Shown here piece after piece: positions 1 through 6,060 of a stretch of DNA of 11,968 nt. The translations under genes and the position numbers were made by a program. The notes under the pieces were generated by a model that was not told the origin of the DNA, ran no database searches, and was given only the letters and a program-made list of their open reading frames with translations. The number at the start of each line of letters is the position of its first letter. Position 1 is the stretch's first letter. The DNA is from Candidatus Eiseniibacteriota bacterium (GTDB lineage: Bacteria; Eisenbacteria; RBG-16-71-46): positions 1-11,968 of the forward strand of contig JANLWX010000124.1 of the NCBI GenBank assembly GCA_031364845.1, in the 5' to 3' direction.

Positions 1-138
1 TGTTCGTCAGCCCGTCGGTTCGTTCCCCGCTTCCTTCAGACGCTCCCTCACGGTTGCGCCCTTGCGGTTCCCTTGAGTCCCTGTGACCAAGTCCTCGGAG
101 GACTTACACCTCCAAGTCAGCGCCCATGCTGGGCGTAC
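1..138 (-). mobile_element. 5' end (domain I fragment) of a group II intron, class IIC-like; continues beyond the left edge of the window
   Basis: Minus strand reads GTACGCCCAGCATGGGCGCTGACTTGGAGGTGTAAGTCCTCC...CGCAAGGG...CCGTGAGG...TCTGAAGGAAGCGG...CTGACGAACA. This is collinear with IIC intron 5' ends as I recall them (GUGYGCCCGGCAUGGG...GGUGAGAGUCC...CGCAAGGG...UCUGAAGGAAGCGG...CUGAGGAACA). Visible stems: CGCCCA/TGGGCG (121-135), GGAGG/CCTCC around TGTAAGT (97-113), GNRA loop GTGA (48-51). It begins 3 nt after a perfect hairpin, the typical IIC target. Confidence 0.88.
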
Positions 139-141
139 CAC

Positions 142-180
142 ACGAAGCGCCGGCAAACCGCCGGCGCTTCGTCGTTTCTC
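142..180. terminator. Intrinsic terminator-like hairpin; probable intron target site
   Basis: Perfect 13-bp stem ACGAAGCGCCGGC (142-154) / GCCGGCGCTTCGT (160-172) with loop AAACC, followed on the + strand by a weak T tract, CGTTTCTC. Confidence 0.75.
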
Positions 181-313
181 CCGGTGCGCACCGCACGCGG
201 CGGTGCCCGCGAGAGCCCCGCTCTCAACTCAGTCGTTGTCGCCCTCCGAGCGATCTGAGACACTTCCCGCTGCGCCGCAGCCCATCAGACCGGCAACTCC
301 ATCCGGGAAGGCA

Positions 314-1309
314 ATGCACGCACCGATGTCGCGATCATCACGTCACGCCCCGCTTCTCGCAGCCGCTGCGGCACTTCTACTGATGTCGCTCGGCCCCGGT
401 CCGACACGCGCCGAGATCCCCTCGTTCATCCTCGCCTGGGGAGTTCCGGGCATCGGCGATGGCGAATTCGACCGCATCGCAGGGCTCGCGGTCGGACCCG
501 ACGGCTCGGTCTACGTCGCCGACTCCGACCAGACCAAGATCAGCCGCTTCACCGCGGACGGCAAGTTCCTCCACTCGTGGGGCTTCGGCACCCGCGAGAT
601 CGAGCGCCCGATCGGACTCGCCGTCGACTCGCGGGGCAGCGTGTTCGTGACCGACTACTTCCGCCATCAGCTCATTCGCTATTCGGCGGACGGAGCGGGC
701 GAGGCGATCTGGGGCATGTACGGCACCGAGCCCGGACGCATGAAGTATCCGACCGACATCGAGGTCGCTCCGGACGGCAGTGTCGTGATCGTCGATCAGT
801 TCAACAGCCGGCTGCAGCGCTTCACGCGCGACTTCGAGTGGGTCGCGACGTATGGCGACACGGGACTCGCGGATGGCGGGCTCGATCATCCGTTCGGTCT
901 CGCGATCGACAGCGACGGCAATCTGTACGTGAGCGACCAGAACCATCGCCGCATCCAGAAGTTCGACGCGAACGGGAACTTCCTCTTGAAGTGGGGCGCC
1001 GAGGGCACCGGCCCGGGCCAGTTCATCTATCCCACCGGCATCGCGATCGATCGGGACCGCAACGTGTACGTCATCGACACGTTCAACAACCGCATCCAGA
1101 TCTTCAGCGAGAACGGCGCCTACGTCGGTGAGTTCGGTGGCGAGGGAACGCTCGACGGCTTCTTCAATTTCCCCGTCAACATCGCGATCGCCGACGACTA
1201 TTCGATCTACGTCGGCGACCGCGACAACTACCGCGTCCAGAAATTCAGCAGCCGCGTGACGCCGGTGGTCGCGACCACGTGGGGACGGATCAAGAACTTG
1301 TATCGCTGA
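314..1309 (+). CDS. Exported NHL-repeat six-bladed beta-propeller protein with a C-terminal WGxIKxLYR tail
   Basis: Six NHL-type repeats (F/LxxPxGIAxDxxGxxYVxDxxNxRIQxF), e.g. LDHPFGLAIDSDGNLYVSDQNHRRIQKFD and FIYPTGIAIDRDRNVYVIDTFNNRIQIFS. Signal-peptide-like MSRSSRHAPLLAAAAALLLMSLGPGPTRA. Start is ATG 314 or ATG 326 (GGGAAGG at 305-311), not the ORF-track start at 83. Confidence 0.9.
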   Translation: MHAPMSRSSRHAPLLAAAAALLLMSLGPGPTRAEIPSFILAWGVPGIGDGEFDRIAGLAVGPDGSVYVADSDQTKISRFTADGKFLHSWGFGTREIERPIGLAVDSRGSVFVTDYFRHQLIRYSADGAGEAIWGMYGTEPGRMKYPTDIEVAPDGSVVIVDQFNSRLQRFTRDFEWVATYGDTGLADGGLDHPFGLAIDSDGNLYVSDQNHRRIQKFDANGNFLLKWGAEGTGPGQFIYPTGIAIDRDRNVYVIDTFNNRIQIFSENGAYVGEFGGEGTLDGFFNFPVNIAIADDYSIYVGDRDNYRVQKFSSRVTPVVATTWGRIKNLYR

Positions 1310-1320
1310 CGCACCATGAC

Positions 1321-1350
1321 GCACCGCGCAACGCGCGGTGCATTCTTCCC
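1321..1350. terminator. Hairpin between convergent genes, probable terminator
   Basis: GCACCGCGC-AAC-GCGCGGTGC (1321-1341, perfect 9-bp stem) followed by ATTCTTCCC, 11 nt after the NHL stop codon. Confidence 0.55.
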
Positions 1351-1389
1351 ACGCTTTATTCGAACGCAGCCACTTTCGCAGAAGCCCTG

Positions 1390-2418
1390 CTATTTCCTCC
1401 GGCCCGCCGCTTTCGTCCGCGCCTTCGCAGCCGGCTTCCGCTTCACGCGCGAGCCCTTGTTTCCGCGCGCCGCCGCCTCGCCCGCCTTCCACTCGGCCGC
1501 CGTCAGCTTCACGTCGAACGCCTTCACGTTCTCCTCGAGCTGCTCGACGCTCGATGCCCCGATGATGGCACTCGAGATCTCCGGGCGGCGCAGCACCCAC
1601 GCCAGGGCGAGCTGCGAAGAAGTCTCCGAGCCGCGAGCGGCCGCCCACGCGGCGAAGCGCTCGGCGGCGGCGACGTTCTCGGGCGTGAGTGCCTTCTCCT
1701 GCTCGAGGAAGTGCTTGAAGTTGCCCGCGCCGCGCGAGCCCTCGGGAATCGTCATCCCGGCGTACTTGTTGGTCAGCACGCCCTGCATCAGCGGTGAATA
1801 GCAGATGATCCCAACCCCGTGGCGGCGGCAGAACGGCATGTGATCGCTCTCGATGCGCGGCTCGAGCAGGTTGTAGCGCGGCTGGCTCGAAACGAACCGG
1901 TCCCACCCGCGCGCCTTCTGGATCGCGACCGCCTGAGCGAGCAGCTTCGGGTGATGATCGAAGTTGGAGAACCCGACGTAGCGGGTCTTGCCCGAGCGCA
2001 CCAGATCTTCGAGCGTGCGCAGCGTCTCCTCGATCGGCGTGCTCGCGTCGGGCGCGTGCAGCTGATAGAGGTCGACGTAGTCGAGCTTGAGGCGCTTCAA
2101 GCTGCCATCCATGGCGTCGAACATGTGCTTGCGTGAGAGCCCGGCGCCGAGCGGTCCGTCCCATACGCGTCCCATGCACTTGGTCGCGACCACGAGCTGT
2201 TCGCGCGGCAGTGACTCGATCGCCTTGCCGAGCACCGTCTCCGCCGCGCCACGCACGTAGACGTCGGCGGTGTCGAACAGGTTGATGCCGAGTTCGAACG
2301 CGCGATGGACGATGCGCTTCGCGTCACCCGCATCGACCGAGCCGCCGTATGTGGTCCACGAGCCGAGCGACAGCTCCGATACTTTGAGTCCGGTGTTGCC
2401 GAGCAGGCGATAGTTCAT
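1390..2418 (-). CDS. Aldo/keto reductase, Kv-beta/YghZ/Tas-like subgroup
   Basis: MNYRLLGNTGLKVSELSLGSW start; DTADVY (catalytic Asp/Tyr), VATK (Lys), SLKRLKLDYVDLYQLH (His), GKTRYVGFSN, QPRYNLL, YSPLMQGVLTNKY, QLALAWVL, IIGASSVEQLEEN. Confidence 0.95.
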   Translation of the reverse strand: MNYRLLGNTGLKVSELSLGSWTTYGGSVDAGDAKRIVHRAFELGINLFDTADVYVRGAAETVLGKAIESLPREQLVVATKCMGRVWDGPLGAGLSRKHMFDAMDGSLKRLKLDYVDLYQLHAPDASTPIEETLRTLEDLVRSGKTRYVGFSNFDHHPKLLAQAVAIQKARGWDRFVSSQPRYNLLEPRIESDHMPFCRRHGVGIICYSPLMQGVLTNKYAGMTIPEGSRGAGNFKHFLEQEKALTPENVAAAERFAAWAAARGSETSSQLALAWVLRRPEISSAIIGASSVEQLEENVKAFDVKLTAAEWKAGEAAARGNKGSRVKRKPAAKARTKAAGRRK

Positions 2419-2819
2419 TCGAAGTCCTCCAGTTCATCCACCATCTGAGGTCCGGGGTTGCGCGGCAGGCCGAAGTACCACCAGTTGTCGCCGGCCGTCC
2501 AGCCCTCGCGCTCTGCCAGCTCATCGCCCCACAGACATTCGTCCGCGGGCGCGATCGCCTCCTGCATCGCGACGTCGGCCGCCTCGATGCGGCGCTGCAG
2601 GGGTTCGGACAGCGCTTCGGGGGCCGCCATCACCGCTTCTTCGATCAACTGGCGCCCGTCGACGTCGTTCAGATAGTCGTCGAGTCCGAGCGGATAGCCG
2701 GCGCGTACCTGTAGCGCCGTGCGCTCCCACGCGGTGATCAGGCCCTCGAGGCCGGAGTCGGCCACGTCGTTGGAAACGCCGCGCCCTTTGAGGAATCGCG
2801 TCACCGCTTCGTCGTGCAT
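2415..2819 (-). CDS. Small acidic hypothetical protein (134 aa), possibly immunity-like
   Basis: Strong RBS AGGAGGGG just upstream of the ATG; 4-nt ATGA overlap with the AKR start; natural-looking protein with GYPLGLDDYLNDVDGR and WWYFGLP segments; 29 D/E versus 10 K/R by hand count. Confidence 0.8.
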   Translation of the reverse strand: MHDEAVTRFLKGRGVSNDVADSGLEGLITAWERTALQVRAGYPLGLDDYLNDVDGRQLIEEAVMAAPEALSEPLQRRIEAADVAMQEAIAPADECLWGDELAEREGWTAGDNWWYFGLPRNPGPQMVDELEDFE

Positions 2820-2848
2820 GGTCCCCTCCTGTCCAAACCGCCGGGCCC

Positions 2849-2893
2849 GGGCGATTCATGAAGCGCCGCCACGCAGCGGCTCATGAATAGCCC
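2849..2893. repeat. Long bulged inverted repeat (stem-loop) in the intergenic region
   Basis: GGGC/GCCC (2849-2852/2890-2893), one mismatch, ATTCATGA/TCATGAAT (2854-2861/2881-2888), 3-nt bulge AGC, GCCGC/GCGGC (2865-2869/2876-2880), 6-nt loop. Confidence 0.65.
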
Positions 2894-2898
2894 TTGCT

Positions 2899-3384
2899 CT
2901 AGTTCCGCCGCGCGCTCTGCCGCCGGAAGTACGTCTCGCCTTGATTGGGACGAAAGAATGTTCGGATGGTGCCGTCGGAATTCACGGCGAGAAACGCTCC
3001 GCTTTCGCGGTCGAAGCGCGTGATCACGCCGTCCGCGCGCACCCCCTCGAGCACCGGTCCGCCGGCCGGTCGATCCCTTAGATCCTGCGCACGCCGAAGA
3101 TACTCATCCTGTGTGATCGCACCGAATTCGCTGCCGTGCTTCCGGTAGTGCTCGACCCAGCGTTCATGGCTGCGGAACCCGACGGAGGCGAGGCGGGAGT
3201 CACTGCTGCCCCCCTCCGAATCGCGCGAGGGCGCGGCAGGCGCGCGGGGTTCGCGCGTGGAGGCGCGCTCGGTCGCCACGGGGGGCGTAGATCCGGTCTC
3301 GCGCGCGGTGCGGCTCTGCCACAGCGACGCCACGATCGCGACCAGCACCACGAGTCCGCTGACCAGTCCCCGCATCGATCGCAT
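2899..3384 (-). CDS. Membrane-anchored or exported protein with a C-terminal HxxKHGxEF domain (pyocin-large-subunit/polymorphic-toxin-like putative RNase)
   Basis: Likely start ATG 3384 or 3375 (GGGAGG at 3394-3389); hydrophobic GLVSGLVVLVAIVASLW; Pro/Ser/Thr/Ala linker; C-terminal EHYRKHGSEFG..TQDEYLRRA...RADG...RFD....FLAVNSDGTIRTFFRP..G..YF. The CDS is well supported; the function is inferred. Confidence 0.75.
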   Translation of the reverse strand: MRSMRGLVSGLVVLVAIVASLWQSRTARETGSTPPVATERASTREPRAPAAPSRDSEGGSSDSRLASVGFRSHERWVEHYRKHGSEFGAITQDEYLRRAQDLRDRPAGGPVLEGVRADGVITRFDRESGAFLAVNSDGTIRTFFRPNQGETYFRRQSARRN

Positions 3385-3648
3385 CCGGCCTCCCGACGAT
3401 TCATGGTGCTTGGTCCATCGATCCTGTAACCGCCCGCCCGCTGTTCGTTCCCGCATGCGGTCGCGGCCGCGGGCGACTCGAGTCCGGCCACGCTAACAGT
3501 GCGAAGCGCAGGGAACAATCGCGACGCCTTCCCCCTCCAATTCCGGCCGCCGCCTGCCGAAAACAAGGTGACCGCCGCGTCCTCGATCCGCGCAACGCTG
3601 CCCGGACCGGCGTGGGAATGACGCGGCTCATCACCTTCAGGAGATCAC

Positions 3649-6060
3649 GTGTCCCCGGCGCCCGAGACCACACCTCCCGACACCTGGTACTCCTACTTCC
3701 GACCGCTGATCGTCCCGGTGCTGGTGGCGTGTGCCGTCGCGCTGCGGCTGTGGCACGTGCGCCATGGGCTTCCCGATTTCCTCGAGGAAGCCGCACCGCT
3801 GCGCCTTGCGCTCGGTTTGCGCGATGTCGCGAGCGGCACGATCGACTGGAATCCACACGCGTTCGCCAATCCGTCCTTCGCGGTCTATCTGCACTTCGTC
3901 GTGCAGCAGCTCGTCTACACGATCGGCCGCGCACTCGGTCACTGGAGCACCTACGCCGACTATCGCACGCTGTTCGCGATCGATCCGTCGGCGATGGTGA
4001 TCGCCGCGCGCCTGATCGGCATCGCGTGCGACGCGGTGACCGTGGTCGCCGCGGTGCGTCTCGGGCGGCGCTTCGGCTACGCGGTTTCGATCACGGCCGG
4101 AGTGCTGGTGGCGTGCGCGCCCGCGCTGGTCGTGACGTCACGCTCGGTGTTCGCGGACAGCGTGATGACCGCGTGCGCGCTCGGCGCGCTCGAGCGCATG
4201 CTCGCGTGGCGTGATCGCGGCGGCAGGTACCGGCTCGCGGCGGCCTCGGTCCTCACCGGTCTCGCCACCGGCACGCAGTATCCTGCGATCGTTCTCATGG
4301 TGCCGCTGCTGTGGCTCGCGATCGCGCGCGCGCGGCACGAAGCGCGCAGCGCAATCGCGATCGGCGCGATGGCCTGTGCGATCGCGATCGCGGCGTTCGT
4401 CGCGAGCACGCCGTTCGCGGTCCTCGACTCGCGCGCGTTCCTGCACGACTTCGCGCTCGAAGGCCAGCGCATCTCGCAGACCGGACTCGGAGGACTGGGT
4501 CCCGGCTTCTTCGGTGCGAACGCCGCACCGATCGCGCGCAATCTCGGCGGCCTCACGGCACTCTTCGCGCTGTGTTCGTTCGGCTTCGTCGTCGCCGATC
4601 CCCGCCGGCGCCGCACCGCGATCGTGCTGTGGCTCGCGCTCGCCGGCTTCGGGCTCATGCTGTCGGTCGCGCGCACCGACGCCGGGCTGCCGGCGATCGT
4701 GATCTCCGCCGTGCTCGCCGCGGCCGCGCTTCGCGCTGCGGTCGATCCGTTCCGGCGCTCGGTGCGGCGCCTGCTGCTGGTCGTGCTGCTCGCCGCGTGC
4801 GCGGGTCCGACCGTGTTCGCCGGCCTCCGCGCCGCGTGGTCGGGCGCCGACACCACGCAGCTGCAGGCACGGCGCTGGAGCGAACGTGCCCTGCGCCCGG
4901 GCGACGTCATCGTTCAAGAAGCCCACAGCGCGCGGCTCATGTCCGAGCCCGAGATCGCGTCGCTGCGCCGCTCGCCGGCGTTCCGCTACGCCTCGGCGGA
5001 CATCCAGAGCCGGGTACTGTCGTTGCGCACCTTCCCGGCGGTCGAGTTGCCGCGCGCGGGTGCCGAGCGCATCACGAACCCGCTCGCGATTCCCGGCCGC
5101 GCGCCGCGCGAGGTCGAAGTGTTCGCGCGCGCCGCACAGTTCAGCAGTGTGTTCTACGATCCGCGGCTGTTCGGATCGGCCGACTACGTGATGACGAGTG
5201 CCGCGGTGCGCGACCGATTCGAAGCCGAACCGCGCCGCTACGCCGTCCCGTGCGGGCTCTATCGCCTGCTCGATGCGACGGCCGAAGTCGTGGCGTGGTT
5301 CAGGCCGCAGGGCGCCACCGAGGGACCGGAGATCATCGTCTATCGCATCGGCTCGCGATATCGCGCCGCGATCGAAGCGCTCGGGCCGCTCGATCCGGTG
5401 TGGTGGTCGGCAAGCGTGCCCAACGGCTACCGCGGTCTCGCAACGCGCGCGCTCGCGGACTCCGAACCGCAAAGCGTGGCGGCGGCGGTACCGGCATCGG
5501 ATGCGATGGCGGCGCACGCGGGCATCGGCGGCGACAGCACGCTCGCGCACCGCATCGCCGCGACTTCATCGCCGGCGCCGGCGTCCACGGAGTCTTCATC
5601 GGAAGCCGACTCGATCGCGCGGCCCGTACGCACGCGCCGGGTTCCGGCGTGGGTGCGCAGCCTGGCACCGCTCTACGACGATCGCATCCGCGACTTCGCG
5701 TCTCAGATGGCGACCGCCCACAATGCGGCCGGCCGGCCGTACGCCGCGGCGCGGTTCGCACTCGCCACGCTCGCGATGCATCCCGGCGACGAAGCCGCGT
5801 GTCTCGTCTACAGCCGCTGCGCGCGTGAGACCGGCGACCACGAACGCGCGCGCGCCGCGACCGAGCGCACGCTCGCGGCACACACGCCCGGAACCGGACC
5901 GCCCGCGGATCCCGCGCTGCGGCTGGAATACGCGCTGGTGCTCGAAGCGCTCGGAGTTCGCGATTCTGCGAAAGCGGAACTCGAGGCGCTCGCCTCGCTC
6001 GGCAACCGCCGCCACGACGTTGCGGCCGAAGCCCGGCGGCTGCTCGCGGTGGAACCGTAG
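3649..6060 (+). CDS. GT-C fold (ArnT/PMT-like, GT39/GT83-type) membrane glycosyltransferase with a soluble domain and TPR-like C-terminus
   Basis: GTG start with AGGAG at 3639-3643; ALRLW..HGLPDFLEEA first-loop acidic motif; F.NPS...YL; ARL; many hydrophobic helices; DYV motif in the soluble part; helical TPR-like tail (ALATLAMHPGDEAACLVYSRC, LRLEYALVLEALG). Confidence 0.8.
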   Translation: MSPAPETTPPDTWYSYFRPLIVPVLVACAVALRLWHVRHGLPDFLEEAAPLRLALGLRDVASGTIDWNPHAFANPSFAVYLHFVVQQLVYTIGRALGHWSTYADYRTLFAIDPSAMVIAARLIGIACDAVTVVAAVRLGRRFGYAVSITAGVLVACAPALVVTSRSVFADSVMTACALGALERMLAWRDRGGRYRLAAASVLTGLATGTQYPAIVLMVPLLWLAIARARHEARSAIAIGAMACAIAIAAFVASTPFAVLDSRAFLHDFALEGQRISQTGLGGLGPGFFGANAAPIARNLGGLTALFALCSFGFVVADPRRRRTAIVLWLALAGFGLMLSVARTDAGLPAIVISAVLAAAALRAAVDPFRRSVRRLLLVVLLAACAGPTVFAGLRAAWSGADTTQLQARRWSERALRPGDVIVQEAHSARLMSEPEIASLRRSPAFRYASADIQSRVLSLRTFPAVELPRAGAERITNPLAIPGRAPREVEVFARAAQFSSVFYDPRLFGSADYVMTSAAVRDRFEAEPRRYAVPCGLYRLLDATAEVVAWFRPQGATEGPEIIVYRIGSRYRAAIEALGPLDPVWWSASVPNGYRGLATRALADSEPQSVAAAVPASDAMAAHAGIGGDSTLAHRIAATSSPAPASTESSSEADSIARPVRTRRVPAWVRSLAPLYDDRIRDFASQMATAHNAAGRPYAAARFALATLAMHPGDEAACLVYSRCARETGDHERARAATERTLAAHTPGTGPPADPALRLEYALVLEALGVRDSAKAELEALASLGNRRHDVAAEARRLLAVEP

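Noticed and set aside
1..138. Riboswitch or tRNA interpretation of the structured left end
   Set aside because: No cloverleaf or recognisable aptamer; the ordered motifs and the adjacent hairpin fit a group IIC intron 5' end better.
83..313. N-terminal 77 codons of the 408-aa ORF
   Set aside because: They run through the antisense of the intron and the hairpin, and the signal peptide only begins at 314/326. This is an open-frame extension, not protein.
440..1250. CRISPR-like or DNA tandem repeat
   Set aside because: The periodicity is at the protein level (NHL repeats); there are no identical DNA repeats with spacers.
377..2179. 600-aa minus-strand ORF and other long overlapping ORFs (4138-5550, 4311-5828, 5198-6319, 6477-7595, 8486-9637, 9228-10517, 10521-11573)
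   Set aside because: Arg/Ala/Gly-rich shadow frames of well-supported genes, expected in high-GC DNA; no recognisable motifs.
2849..2893. Integron attC site
   Set aside because: Bulged hairpin after a stop codon, but no RYYYAAC/GTTRRRY core boxes on either strand and no integrase in the window.
3385..3648. Divergent promoter boxes and the GACTCGAGTC palindrome (3475-3484)
   Set aside because: Promoters are likely here, but I could not identify convincing -35/-10 or -24/-12 elements, and one 10-bp palindrome is within chance.
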